Shown here: positions 39,447 through 49,220 of the stretch, in pieces
Numbering within the stretch: position 1 is the first letter of the stretch
How the letters are laid out: every line of letters begins with the position of its first letter
NCBI GenBank assembly: GCA_965248445.1
Contig: CBDFJG010000003.1
Span: 1,408,001 to 1,472,000 of the forward strand
DNA length: 64,000 bases
Direction: 5' to 3'
Source: Planctomycetota bacterium
GTDB taxonomy: Bacteria; Planctomycetota; JAJSAM01; JAJVHW01
Notes under the pieces: model-generated
The model's database searches: none
The model's input: the letters and a program-made list of their open reading frames with translations, nothing else
What the model was told of the DNA's origin: nothing
Translations under genes and position numbers: made by a program

Positions 39447-40427
39447 TCAGCTCTTGGCGGCCTGAATCTGCTCGGTCAGCGCCGGCAGGACCTCGAAGAC
39501 GTCCCCCACGATCCCGTAGTCGGCGACCTTGAAGATCGGTGCCTCGGCGTCCTTGTTCACGGCCACGATCACCTTGCTCGAGGACATCCCGGCCAGGTGC
39601 TGGATGGCACCGGAGATCGCGCAGGCCACGTACAGCTTGGGTGAGACCGTCTTTCCGGTCTGTCCGACCTGCTCGTCGTGGGGCCGCCAGCCGGCGTCCA
39701 CGACCGCCCGGCTGGCTCCGACCACACCGCCGAGCGCAGCGGCCAGCTCCTCGACCAGGTGGAAGTTCTCGGGGCCCTTCAAGCCGCGCCCTCCCGAGAC
39801 CACGATCTCGGCCTCCGTCAGGTCGACCGACCGGACCTCCGGCGCCCGAACCTCCTCCACCCGCGCGGCGGGAGCCCCCGCCGCTGCTGCCGGCAACGCC
39901 AGCGCGCGGATCTCGGCGCTCGACAGAGCGACGGCGGGCGCGAACGCGTTCGGGCGAAGCCCTATGCAGAACGGCGTCCGCTTGGCTTCGACCGTCTGGA
40001 TCACTTTGCCCGCGTACACCGGTCGCGTGATGCGCACCGCGCCGCCCTCGACGGAGATCGACGTGGCGTCCGCAGCAAGACCGGCGCCGAGCGCGCCCGC
40101 CACGGTCGCCAAGATGTCGCGACCGCAGACGGTCGCTGGGAACAGCAGGAACCCCGCCCCCGCGGCATCGGCGGCGGCGCGCACGGCGCGCGTGTGGGGC
40201 CCCGAGAGGGACGTGTCGAGTGACGCGTCCTCCACCACGTGCAGCACGACGGCGCCGGGCGCGCCCTTCGCTGCGGCGATGGCGTTCGCATCCGGCGCGG
40301 CGAGCACCGCGTGCAGTTCGACGCCCAGCGCCGTTGCCAGAGCCGCGCCGGCACCCAGACCCTCGCGCGCCGGCTTGCGGAGCGCACCACCGGCGCTCTC
40401 CAGGTAGACGAGTACGTTGCCGCTCAT
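39447..40427 (-). CDS. etfA: Electron transfer flavoprotein alpha subunit
   Basis: [65 protein letters not shown]. Confidence 0.97.
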   Translation of the reverse strand: MSGNVLVYLESAGGALRKPAREGLGAGAALATALGVELHAVLAAPDANAIAAAKGAPGAVVLHVVEDASLDTSLSGPHTRAVRAAADAAGAGFLLFPATVCGRDILATVAGALGAGLAADATSISVEGGAVRITRPVYAGKVIQTVEAKRTPFCIGLRPNAFAPAVALSSAEIRALALPAAAAGAPAARVEEVRAPEVRSVDLTEAEIVVSGGRGLKGPENFHLVEELAAALGGVVGASRAVVDAGWRPHDEQVGQTGKTVSPKLYVACAISGAIQHLAGMSSSKVIVAVNKDAEAPIFKVADYGIVGDVFEVLPALTEQIQAAKS

Positions 40428-40441
40428 TGACCTCAACCTTC

Positions 40442-41194
40442 CTAGAGAACGCCCACTTCGTCGCGCAGCACGCGCACGAGTTCGGGCACCGCGTCCACTC
40501 CTTCGCCCAGCATGCGCACGCCCGCGCGCGCCGGCGGCGCGGTCACCGACACGATGTCGGACGCGTTCTCCGTGACCGCCGCCGCCTTCTGCTCCAGCGG
40601 CTTCTTCTTCGCCATCATGATCCCCTTCAGCGACGCGAAGCGGGGTTCGGCCAGGCCGCGCTGGGCGGTCAGCACGCACGGCGTCGGCACGAACACGACC
40701 TCCTCGCTGCCCTCCACCTCGCGGCGCACGCGAAGCCCGCCGTCGGCGCCGTCGACGCCGACCACGAACGACGCATACGCGTAGTCGAGCATCGCCGCGA
40801 GCATGCCGCCGACCGCCGCCGAGTCGTCGTCGATCGCCTTCCAGCCACAGAACACGACCGCCGGTTCGAGCTCGCGAACAGCGGCCGCGAGGGCCCCTGC
40901 CGTTGCGGCCGGGTCGCGGAACGGCAGTTCATCGACCAGGAGCACCGCATCGTCGGCGCCCATGGCCATCGCCTTGCGGACCTCCTTGGTCGCGGTGGAG
41001 GGGCCGAGGCAGAGGACCGTCACCTGCGTGGCGACTCCGGCCTCTTTGAGCTGGACGGCCTTCTCGAGCGCCATCTCGTCGTACGGCGAGATGATGAACT
41101 CGACCCCCTGGGGGTCGATGCCGCGGCCGTCCGCGGACGGCTTGATCTTGGCGGTGGTGTCGGGAACACGCTTCAGGCACACGACGATGCGCAT
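40442..41194 (-). CDS. etfB: Electron transfer flavoprotein beta subunit
   Basis: [55 protein letters not shown]. Confidence 0.97.
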   Translation of the reverse strand: MRIVVCLKRVPDTTAKIKPSADGRGIDPQGVEFIISPYDEMALEKAVQLKEAGVATQVTVLCLGPSTATKEVRKAMAMGADDAVLLVDELPFRDPAATAGALAAAVRELEPAVVFCGWKAIDDDSAAVGGMLAAMLDYAYASFVVGVDGADGGLRVRREVEGSEEVVFVPTPCVLTAQRGLAEPRFASLKGIMMAKKKPLEQKAAAVTENASDIVSVTAPPARAGVRMLGEGVDAVPELVRVLRDEVGVL

Positions 41195-41345
41195 GGGGCC
41201 TCCGGACGGCTTTCGAGGGGGATGGCGAAGCCGAAGACCGGGAGGCTAGCGCGGAGGGCGGCGGCGTCCTCGCGGATCCCGATGTGACAGGGCGGCAGTA
41301 GTGCGGGCGGACGCGGCGACCCGCCCCAACCGGTTCATCGCGCGA

Positions 41346-42534
41346 TTAGCACGGCTGGGCCAACTCACCATCATCCACCCGGCGATCGGAGCGGGATGAG
41401 GCGAGGGGCTCGAAGACGACACCCTGTTCGCAGAGGTCTTCGAGGGCGTCCACCGCGATCGGGTCGAAGTGAGACCCGCGGCCGGCGCGGATGATCTCGC
41501 GCACCGTCTCCTCGGGCAGGCCCATGCGGTAGGCGCGATCGCTGTACAGCGCGTCGCACACATCGGCGACGGCCAGGACGCGCGCCAGTTCGGGGATGTC
41601 CTCGCCGCCGAGCTTGTCGGGATATCCGGTGCCGTCCCAGCGTTCGTGGTGACAGCGGACGGGACCGCACACGGGCGCGAGCGCCTGGATCGGGGCGAGA
41701 ATGTTCGCGCAAAACCACAGGGTGCAACCGGATGTGTTCCCACTCCGCGTCGGTCAGCGACGACGGCTTGTTGAGGACATGGTCGGGGGTGCCGATCTTG
41801 CCGATGTCGTGCAACGTGCCGGCGCGATAGAGCAGTTCGATCTGCTCTTCGTCCTTACCCATGTAGCGGCCCATGAGCGCAGCGATCTGGCCGACGCGCT
41901 CCATGTGTCCGCGCGTGTAGTTGTCCTTGGCATAGACGGCTTCGACCAGCGCCTGCACGGCCTGCGACGCGTGCTCTTCCTGCGCCTCGATGCGCACCGC
42001 GAGAGTGTGCGCGGCGTGCGCGTCGCGGCGCAGGCACCGGCGCTCCTGCAATCGCTGGATGGTGAACGTCATCTGGTCGAAGGAGAAGGGCTTGGCGAAG
42101 TAGTCGTACGCGCCGCGGCGCAACGCATCGACCGCGACCTTCTCGCCCGGCTTACCCGTCACGATGATGACGTCGGGCGACTTCGGATCACTCGGCGGCG
42201 CGATGCGCTGGATCTCGCTGAGGAGTTCCAGACCGGAGAGGCCCGGCATCTGGACGTCGGTGATCACGAGGAAGAAGCCGCCGTCGTTCAGGAACTCGAG
42301 AGCCCTCTCGGCATCGGGAGCCGTGGTGACCTCGAAGCCGAGGCGGCGCAGGAACACGGTGAGCAGACTGCGAATGCCCGGCTCGTCGTCCACGACCAAG
42401 ATGCGGCGCTCCCCGCCGGACCCCAGGTCCAGCCGGTCGGTCTCCGCTTCCACGATCACGGGTGCTTCGGTGCTCACTAACCCCTCGGAGCCATCCCCCT
42501 CGCTGTCCGAGGGTGGGGTGCTAGGCGAGCTCAA
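41346..42534 (-). pseudogene. Response regulator with HD-GYP phosphodiesterase domain, split by a 1-nt frameshift at ~41711-41714 (pseudogene or assembly error)
   Basis: REC (ILVVDDE, ITDVQMPG, YFAKPF) + YTRGHMERV, LHDIGKIG, LNKP; removing one T in GTTTTGC continues into NILAPI..HHERWDGTGYP..RVLAVADVCDAL..DRAYR. Confidence 0.85.
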
Positions 42535-43337
42535 CGACCGGTCCAGGTACGACGATCCGGCCGCGACTCTCCCGGTCTCTCATCGGCATCCTTCCGTGAG
42601 GACTGGAGTTCGGGCATATCGAACCGATCACCCAGGTAGATCTCGCGGACGACCGGGTCCTCGACCAGCTCCGAGGAGGTCCCCTGACGCAGGATCTCGC
42701 CCTCGTAGATGATGTAGGCCCGGTCGGTGATCGTGAGCGTCTCGCGCACGCTGTGATCGGTCAACAGGACACCCATGCCGCGCTCCCGCAGGCGCAGCAC
42801 GATGTCCTGGATCTCGGAGACCGCGATCGGGTCGACGCCGCTGAACGGTTCATCGAGCAGCAGCAGTCGCGGCGAGGTGACGAGCGAGCGCGTGATCTCG
42901 AGGCGGCGTCGCTCGCCGCCGGAAAGCGATTGCGCAACGGACTTCCGGATCGGCAGCAGACCCAGTTCCCCGAGGTGGTCCTCGAGCCGCTGCATGCGTT
43001 CGCGGCGAGGCAGCGACAACGTCTCGAGAATGGCGAGCACGTTCTGCTCGACGGTGAGCCCACGGAAAATCGACGGCTGCTGGCTCAGGTAGCCCATGCC
43101 GCGCCGCGCGCGCCTGTACATCGGCAAGCGGCTCACGTCATGACCGCCGAATCGCACTTCGCCCGCGTCCGCGCGCAGCATTCCGACGGTCATGCGAAAC
43201 GTCGTCGTCTTACCGGCGCCGTTCGGACCGAGCAGCCCGACGATCTCGCCGGGTTCGACGTCGAACGACACTTCTTTCACGACGCGTCCGCGACCGCGGT
43301 ACGACTTCACCAACCGCCGGGCTTCAAGGAGTGGCAT
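42531..43337 (-). CDS. lptB: LPS export ABC transporter ATP-binding protein
   Basis: GEIVGLLGPNGAGKTT, LPMYRRARRGMGYLSQQPSIFR, LSGGERRRLEI, LLDEPFSGVDPIAV, LTDHSVRETL.ITDRAYI, VREIYLG. Confidence 0.95.
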   Translation of the reverse strand: MPLLEARRLVKSYRGRGRVVKEVSFDVEPGEIVGLLGPNGAGKTTTFRMTVGMLRADAGEVRFGGHDVSRLPMYRRARRGMGYLSQQPSIFRGLTVEQNVLAILETLSLPRRERMQRLEDHLGELGLLPIRKSVAQSLSGGERRRLEITRSLVTSPRLLLLDEPFSGVDPIAVSEIQDIVLRLRERGMGVLLTDHSVRETLTITDRAYIIYEGEILRQGTSSELVEDPVVREIYLGDRFDMPELQSSRKDADERPGESRPDRRTWTGR

Positions 43338-43368
43338 CGGACGCATGGTAGCGCCCCGGCGGGTCGAC

Positions 43369-43809
43369 CTACGGGACTTGAGACGTGCGCCGGCGAATTC
43401 CGTACGTCCACCGCGCGAGGATCATCGCGGCAACGACTCCGGCCAGGATTCCGTTTCGCAACAGAGCATCGTCGATCGTCGCCGTGTCCCCGAAGCAGCC
43501 GCACGCGAACGTCCCGCCCCACACGGAACGCACGCGGAGCAGCGCCGTCGTGAATACGAGCAGCAGGCCGAGCGACGCATAGAGTCCGCGGACCACGCGG
43601 AGACTCATCAGTGCACCCAGCAGGACCTCGGCGCCCACGATCGCGGCGAACGTGGCGTGCGCCGTCCCGCCGCCGCCCACGTCCGCCGCGATCAGTTCGT
43701 ACGCGGGCAGGGGACTCAACAGCTTCGCGGCGGCCGAGACGAGCCACATCGCGGCCAGCGCGCACTCCAGGAGGTGCCATGCGCCGCGGAGGATGAGAGG
43801 CAGCCGCAT
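43369..43809 (-). CDS. MauE/DoxX-family redox-associated membrane protein
   Basis: SAAAKL, EVLLG, ACGCFG, LLRN; 4 TM. Confidence 0.85.
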   Translation of the reverse strand: MRLPLILRGAWHLLECALAAMWLVSAAAKLLSPLPAYELIAADVGGGGTAHATFAAIVGAEVLLGALMSLRVVRGLYASLGLLLVFTTALLRVRSVWGGTFACGCFGDTATIDDALLRNGILAGVVAAMILARWTYGIRRRTSQVP

Positions 43810-44189
43810 CACCGCAGCCGCCACTCTTCCAGGTCGACCTCGTACGTCCTGTCAACACGCCCGGTCTGGACGATCCGGACCGCTGCCGGAACGGTGGTCT
43901 CGCCGATCACGGTCACCTGCACGTTGAACTGCGTGCCCGGCGCCGGTCGCTCGACACGCCCCGGGCCGACGATGCCGACCGGTCCGCGGAGCACCTCGAT
44001 GGCGAGGAGATCCGCCGGCTCGCCCCCGCGAAGCTCGATCCGGATGGCGTAGATCGAGCGGTCTTCCTGGTGCAACTCGCGCCGGACGGTGATCTCGAGG
44101 TGCGGCTCCAGCGGGCGGGCCCGCGCATACGCAGCACCGGCCGCAAGGAGGGCCAGCACGAGGGCGACGGCGAGGCGGGCGCGGTTCAT
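43809..44189 (-). CDS. Small secreted hypothetical protein
   Basis: Signal peptide MNRARLAVALVLALLAAGAAYA; TATCCT 6 nt before ATG; coupled to the MauE gene. Confidence 0.65.
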   Translation of the reverse strand: MNRARLAVALVLALLAAGAAYARARPLEPHLEITVRRELHQEDRSIYAIRIELRGGEPADLLAIEVLRGPVGIVGPGRVERPAPGTQFNVQVTVIGETTVPAAVRIVQTGRVDRTYEVDLEEWRLR

Positions 44190-44257
44190 TCGACGAGGAT
44201 ACGGCCAGGCGCCGCGTCTTCCCGCGGGACTACACTGTGCGCCTCCCCGGAGGGACG

Positions 44258-44695
44258 ATGGCGCGCGGCAAACTCACTGATCTCGGACTGCTCCTGCTTC
44301 GGGGCACCGGCGGCCTGATGGCCACCCACGGCTGGGCGAAGCTCCAGTGGGCGCTGGAGGACGACCCGCAGACCAAGTGGGAGGGGTTCGTGTGGCGCGT
44401 GCAGTCGCTGGGATTCCCGCAGCCCGAGTTCTTCGCGTGGGCGGCGATCCTCTCCGAGCTCGTCGCGGGCGTCTGCGTGCTGCTCGGCCTCTTCACGCGC
44501 GTCAGCGCGTCGTTCATCGCATTCACCATGTTCGTCGCAGCGTTCATCCGCCACTGGGACGACTCCTTCGAGAAGAAGGAACTCGCGCTCGTCTACCTCG
44601 CGATCATGCTCTGCCTGGCGTGCCTCGGCGGCGGGAAGTGGACCGTCGAGTCGGCCTGGCAGAAGAAGCGGTCGGCGGCGCGCGCGCAGGCCTGA
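44258..44695 (+). CDS. DoxX-family membrane protein
   Basis: LGLLLLR, HGWAKL, ELVAGVCVLLGLFTR, ELALVYL, GGGKWTVE; GGAGG SD. Confidence 0.9.
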   Translation: MARGKLTDLGLLLLRGTGGLMATHGWAKLQWALEDDPQTKWEGFVWRVQSLGFPQPEFFAWAAILSELVAGVCVLLGLFTRVSASFIAFTMFVAAFIRHWDDSFEKKELALVYLAIMLCLACLGGGKWTVESAWQKKRSAARAQA

Positions 44696-44700
44696 ACCCC

Positions 44701-45192
44701 ATGCCCCGCACTAAATCGACCCGCGCGAAGCACTACTGGCTGATGAAGAGCGAGCCCGACGTCTACTCGATCGAGGATCTCGAGAAGGACGGCAGGACTC
44801 ACTGGGACGGCGTCCGCAACTACCAGGCGCGGAACACGATGCGCGACGACATGAAGAAGGGCGACGGCGTGCTCTTCTACCACTCGCGCGTGCCGCCGAT
44901 GGGTGTGTCCGGCGTGGCGAGGGTTGTCCGCGAGGGCTACGCCGATCCGTCCCAGTTCGACAAGAAGTCGAAGTACCACGACGAGAAGGCCACCAAGGAC
45001 GCACCACGTTGGTTCTGCGTCGACATCGCGTTCGAGAAGCAGCTGGCGCGCGTCGTCACGCTGGCCGAGATGAAGGGCGAGAAAGCCCTCGCGAAGATGA
45101 TGGTGACGCAGCGTGGCGCCCGCCTCTCCGTGCAGCCGGTGACGGCCGCGGAGTTCAAGAAGGTGGTGTCGCTGGCGCGTCGTCCGGGCTGA
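44701..45192 (+). CDS. EVE domain-containing protein
   Basis: YWLMKSEPDVYSIEDL, WDGVRNYQARN, GDGVLFYHS, PRWFCVD, RLSVQPV. Confidence 0.95.
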   Translation: MPRTKSTRAKHYWLMKSEPDVYSIEDLEKDGRTHWDGVRNYQARNTMRDDMKKGDGVLFYHSRVPPMGVSGVARVVREGYADPSQFDKKSKYHDEKATKDAPRWFCVDIAFEKQLARVVTLAEMKGEKALAKMMVTQRGARLSVQPVTAAEFKKVVSLARRPG

Positions 45193-45772
45193 CGCTGTCG
45201 CCGGAGTCGGGGCTGGGCGGGGAGTCGGAGCCCGGTTCGACTTCCGGATTCAGGAACGGATCCGGCGTTTCGAACGGATCCGGTTCCGCGAAGAGTCCCG
45301 GTTGAGCTGACGTAGCTGCCGGGGCGACGTCCTGGCGGGCCAGCACGCGCTGCTCGATGTCCCACAGGATCAGCTGTCGCTTGTCGACGTTGCCGCTGAG
45401 TGCCGCGTCGATCCGGCCGTGGGCGGTCTCGAGCCGGAACCGCGTCACGCCGCCGATGCGCCCGCCATACAGGCAGAGAGCGAGCGCCCCGAAACCGGCC
45501 GTGACGAAGACGGCCGCGACGATCGAGTTGTCGGCGAGCTCCCACGCCAGCGCCGCGGCAAGAGCGCTCGCGAACAAGAACGCACCGATCGTCCGCACGT
45601 AGCTGCGTCGGTCGTCCCACGCGAGCATCCGTGTCACGTCGCGATAGGCAACGCGCCGCAGCGTTTCGCGCGCGAACAACTCGATGCGGCCGACGCTGAC
45701 GACGTCGTCCGCGACGTAGACGGCGTACGCGGTGATTCCGTCCTGACTGACGCGCACGGCGGGGCGGTTCAC
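45155..45772 (-). CDS. Hypothetical membrane protein with acidic/Pro-rich tail
   Basis: GTG overlaps upstream stop; two TM helices; tail EPDPFETPDPFLNPE; overlaps EVE gene 3' end convergently. Confidence 0.7.
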   Translation of the reverse strand: MNRPAVRVSQDGITAYAVYVADDVVSVGRIELFARETLRRVAYRDVTRMLAWDDRRSYVRTIGAFLFASALAAALAWELADNSIVAAVFVTAGFGALALCLYGGRIGGVTRFRLETAHGRIDAALSGNVDKRQLILWDIEQRVLARQDVAPAATSAQPGLFAEPDPFETPDPFLNPEVEPGSDSPPSPDSGDSVSPDDAPATPPS

Positions 45773-46329
45773 GACATGGCCCCCCACATGATCAGCGCGA
45801 CCAGGAGGATCGCCGCGAGGTTGAGTGCTGCTGCGATCGCCACGAGACCCGGCCGCAGCCACCGGTCCTTGCGCAGGCGGAAGAGCATCCAGACGGAGAG
45901 CGGGACCGAGAAGAGGAGCGAACCCCAGCACGTGAACGGTGCCATGCAGGTCAGGAGCAGGACAAGGGAGTCCCAGCGTGTGCGGCTGGTCTGCGTCGTG
46001 GCGAGCTGCCCGCGGGTGTGCAGCAGGGAGAAGCAGTCGGGGCAGTACAGGTCCTCGCCCGTACGCGTCACGCACACGTCGCACACAAACGCGCCGCAGC
46101 GTGCGCAACCGTTCGATGCGTCCTTGCCGGGGTGATTGGCGCAGCGCCCGGCTCCGGCCGCCAACTCCGCCGCGTCCAGAAGCGGCGTGAACTCGATCAC
46201 GCGATAGCGAGCGAGGCACTTCGGGCAGCGTCCCCAGCTCGTCCCCGTCGCCGGCACACGCCGATGGCAGCGCGGACAGGGCACCCGCGGTGCCCTGTCG
46301 GGCACAGCGGCCGGGACGGACGCCGTCAT
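45769..46329 (-). CDS. Zinc-ribbon + B-box-like zinc finger membrane protein
   Basis: CPRC..CPKC, then CANHPGKDASNGCARCGAFVCDVC..LYCPDC, followed by TM helices. Confidence 0.8.
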   Translation of the reverse strand: MTASVPAAVPDRAPRVPCPRCHRRVPATGTSWGRCPKCLARYRVIEFTPLLDAAELAAGAGRCANHPGKDASNGCARCGAFVCDVCVTRTGEDLYCPDCFSLLHTRGQLATTQTSRTRWDSLVLLLTCMAPFTCWGSLLFSVPLSVWMLFRLRKDRWLRPGLVAIAAALNLAAILLVALIMWGAMS

Positions 46330-46340
46330 CTACGACCCTG

Positions 46341-47153
46341 TCAGTTCGCCGCTGCGCCGACGATCGCGATCACGAGGAAGATCCCGCCGAAGATGCAGCC
46401 GCACAGGACCGCGATCCACAAGAGCGACGCGATGGCGTGTAGCCAGCCGCACTTGTGGAGGCGGTTGATCATGATGACCTCCGCCACGATCGTCCAGATC
46501 CCCCCCACGATCTGGTTCAGGAAGGGGATCGGGATCAGGAGCAGCAGCTGGGGTGCATGGGCGTAACAGAGTCCGCGCATCGTCTGCTGGTACGGCACGC
46601 GCGCGAGCTTCGTCACGTACAGGTAGAGATGCATCAGACCTGCGCCGACGAACACACCGATGATCGCCCCGATGGGCGCGAAGATGACGCCGATGAACCC
46701 CTGCACCCCGACGCCGAAGGGACCCGCCATTGCCTGTTCGAACTCGCCGCCGCCGCCCGCCACCGCCGCGATGATCCCGAACATCACCACGGAGTAGATC
46801 CAGTTCGCGATCGCCGCGAGCACCTGGACGATGACGGCGTAGAGAAGGCAGGTGAACGACTGGGAGTTCTTCTCCATCTTGTCGAAGAAGTCGTTCGGCG
46901 TGAGGATGACCGCCTTCGACGTCTGCCAGAACGCCCCGACGAGACCGAGCTCCTCCCGCCGCTCCCAGGGGGGCAGGACGCCGTCGCCGCTCACGCGGCC
47001 GCCGAACTCCAGGTCCGCGACCACCTGCGTCTTGCACTCGCCGCAGACGCGCTTCTCCTGGAACTCCACCAGGCAGTCGGCGCAGTACGTCTCCGCGCAG
47101 ATCTCGCAGTGCTCGATCCCCGTATCGACCAGCGGATGGTTGCGGCACGCCAT
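46341..47153 (-). CDS. B-box-like zinc finger + Yip1-like membrane protein (alternative start 47282)
   Basis: CRNHP..CEICAETYCADCLV..RVCGECK; PPWERREELG..AFWQT..VILTPNDFF; multi-TM; SD GAGGAGGGAG before ATG 47153. Confidence 0.85.
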   Translation of the reverse strand: MACRNHPLVDTGIEHCEICAETYCADCLVEFQEKRVCGECKTQVVADLEFGGRVSGDGVLPPWERREELGLVGAFWQTSKAVILTPNDFFDKMEKNSQSFTCLLYAVIVQVLAAIANWIYSVVMFGIIAAVAGGGGEFEQAMAGPFGVGVQGFIGVIFAPIGAIIGVFVGAGLMHLYLYVTKLARVPYQQTMRGLCYAHAPQLLLLIPIPFLNQIVGGIWTIVAEVIMINRLHKCGWLHAIASLLWIAVLCGCIFGGIFLVIAIVGAAAN

Positions 47154-47173
47154 ACCCGGGCTCCCTCCTCTGT

Positions 47174-47278
47174 CCGTTGAATCGTCGGCCGTTGAATCGT
47201 CGGCCGTTGAATCGTCGGCCGTTGACTCGTCGGCCGTTGACTCGTCGGCCGTTGACTCGCCGGCCGTTGTCTCGTCGC
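47174..47278 (-). repeat. 7 x 15-bp tandem repeat (plus-strand unit CCGTTGA(A/C)TCGTCGG)
   Basis: Three A-type units, then C-type and degenerate units; reads (STADD/STADE)n if translated from ATG 47282. Confidence 0.95.
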
Positions 47279-47367
47279 CCATTGTATCGTCAGAGCGCCG
47301 TCTCTCGGAGAGAACCGTTGCACGGTGCGTAGGTTCAGGTGGGCGCAGGTTCAGGCCGGTTGCAGGT

Positions 47368-48138
47368 TCAGGCGGGCCGGGCGAAGCGGTCGGCGGCCAC
47401 CACTCCCACGATCCCACGCAGGATCGCGTCGTCCGGGAGGCTGCGCTGCTCCTCGAGACCGAGCGTCTCGCGGTAGTGCGAGGCCAGCCGCGCAGAGAGC
47501 GTGATGCGCCGCGACGCCTCGATGCGATCGGTGGCGGCGACGAACTCCGTCAGGATCGCGGCCTCGCGGGCGGACACACGACGCCGCACGCGGCGCACCG
47601 CGTTCGGGTCCTCGCGCAGGCTGTTCTGTTCGCGGGCCAGCACGCGGAGCGCGCGGGGCGGCTTGTGCCGGCGGTCCTGGATGACGACGGTCCCAGCCAG
47701 ACGATCACCGACCCGCCGGGCCTGCGGATCGAGCGCGATCAGGAGGGCGCCGAGCAGGTGGAACATCGGGAGCTGGTCCACCATGCGCGCGACGTTGCGG
47801 ATCACCGCCTGCCAGCCGAGCAGCGGGGTGCCGTTCGCCTGCACCACCCGGATACCGAGCACCTTCTTGCCCCACGTCTGCCCGTTCCACCGCTGCTCCG
47901 CCCAGATGCGGTAACCGAGGTCGAGGACGAAGCCGATGACGATCATAGCGGCCCAGAGAGGCAGCGCGGCGACGAACCCCGTCAGCACGCCGAGCAACGT
48001 GGCGACCGTGCCGAGCACGGTCATGGCGACGGCGATCAGGATCTCGTCGATGAGCCATGCCAGCGCGCGCTCGGCGGGTCCCGCGATGCGAAACTCGAGC
48101 GGCACGAGTTCGGGTGTCACGACGGAGAGGCGCCTCAT
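47368..48138 (-). CDS. RDD family protein
   Basis: VVTPELVPLEFRIAG..ERALAWLID, GQTWGKKVLGIRVV, IRNVARMVD, RRVGDRLAGTVVI. Confidence 0.92.
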   Translation of the reverse strand: MRRLSVVTPELVPLEFRIAGPAERALAWLIDEILIAVAMTVLGTVATLLGVLTGFVAALPLWAAMIVIGFVLDLGYRIWAEQRWNGQTWGKKVLGIRVVQANGTPLLGWQAVIRNVARMVDQLPMFHLLGALLIALDPQARRVGDRLAGTVVIQDRRHKPPRALRVLAREQNSLREDPNAVRRVRRRVSAREAAILTEFVAATDRIEASRRITLSARLASHYRETLGLEEQRSLPDDAILRGIVGVVAADRFARPA

Positions 48139-49220
48139 TCGGCCGTCTCCGGCGGCGCTGTGCTGCGCCTGCGGCGGATCGCCCGCCGCACCTTCCCGGC
48201 CAGATCCAGGGTGGCGGCTCCGCCACCCGGCGACCAGAGCAGCAGGTACGCCCAGTAACCGCCGCCCAACGCGACGGCGAACGCGATCTTCAGCGGATAC
48301 GGCAGGTGCGGCTCGTGGATCTGGCTGAACGTGCCTTCGACGGCCCCGGCGACGAGCAGCGTCGCGGTGGCGCCGATGAGTAGCACCATCACGTCGCGGC
48401 CCGCAGCATGGAGCGCGGCCCTCCGTCCCGCGAGACCGGGCACGAATAGCGCCTTCGTCAGGATGAAGCCACCCGCGGCGCCGAGCAGAATCGCGGGAAT
48501 CTCGATCACGCCGTGCGGCCCCACCCACGCGAAGAAGAACACGGCTTGCCCGTCGAGGACGTACTTCGCCCCCACCGCGCCGAGGTACGCGCCGTTGGCG
48601 AACACGAGCAGCACGATTCCGATGCCTCCCGACACCGCCAGCGCGAAGCACAGGTACGTGACGCGGCTGTTGTGCGTGAACAGCTGCGCGGCGAACGGAA
48701 CACCGACCGCCGACTTGCCGAGGACGCCGAGCCCAGCGCCGGTCTCCTCCGTCTCGACGCGCTCGCTCGCGTCCATGTAGCGGTGTCCCATCGGCAGCAG
48801 CACTTCGCCGGTGCCGGGGTCGTTGACGAACGACACCGCGCCGAAGATCGCGCCCGCGACGAAGATCGCCGCCGCCAGCAGTACCGCCAGGAAGCGGCGC
48901 CGCACGACCTCTGGGAAGTCACGCACGAAGAACTGCTTCACGAGCGGCCAGATGCGCGGAGCCCGCCCGCGGTGCAGCATTCCGTGGGCGCGGCCGACCA
49001 GTCCGCGCAGGTACTCCGCGGTCGCCCCGCTCTCGTCCCGCCGCAGCTCCTCCAGCAGGTCGGAGGACGCGGCCCGGTACAGAGCGCTCAGCTCGCGCGC
49101 CGCGGCCGAAGTGAGCTTCTTGGCTCCGCCGTCCTCCAACTTGTCGAGTAAGAAGGTCAGCCGCGTCCAGCGCGCTCGCCGGGGATCGGCGATCATCTGC
49201 GTGTCCTGCCGCTGGCTCAC
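48135..49220 (-). CDS. Stage II sporulation protein M-like (DUF95) membrane protein
   Basis: LYRAASSDL, YLRGLVGRAH, FTHNSRVTY, ANG.YLG, VGPHGVIEIPAI, LVAGAVEG. Confidence 0.92.
   Translation of the reverse strand: MSQRQDTQMIADPRRARWTRLTFLLDKLEDGGAKKLTSAAARELSALYRAASSDLLEELRRDESGATAEYLRGLVGRAHGMLHRGRAPRIWPLVKQFFVRDFPEVVRRRFLAVLLAAAIFVAGAIFGAVSFVNDPGTGEVLLPMGHRYMDASERVETEETGAGLGVLGKSAVGVPFAAQLFTHNSRVTYLCFALAVSGGIGIVLLVFANGAYLGAVGAKYVLDGQAVFFFAWVGPHGVIEIPAILLGAAGGFILTKALFVPGLAGRRAALHAAGRDVMVLLIGATATLLVAGAVEGTFSQIHEPHLPYPLKIAFAVALGGGYWAYLLLWSPGGGAATLDLAGKVRRAIRRRRSTAPPETAE

Noticed and set aside
47174..47278. Possible CRISPR array
   Set aside because: Contiguous 15-bp tandem repeat, no unique spacers, no cas genes
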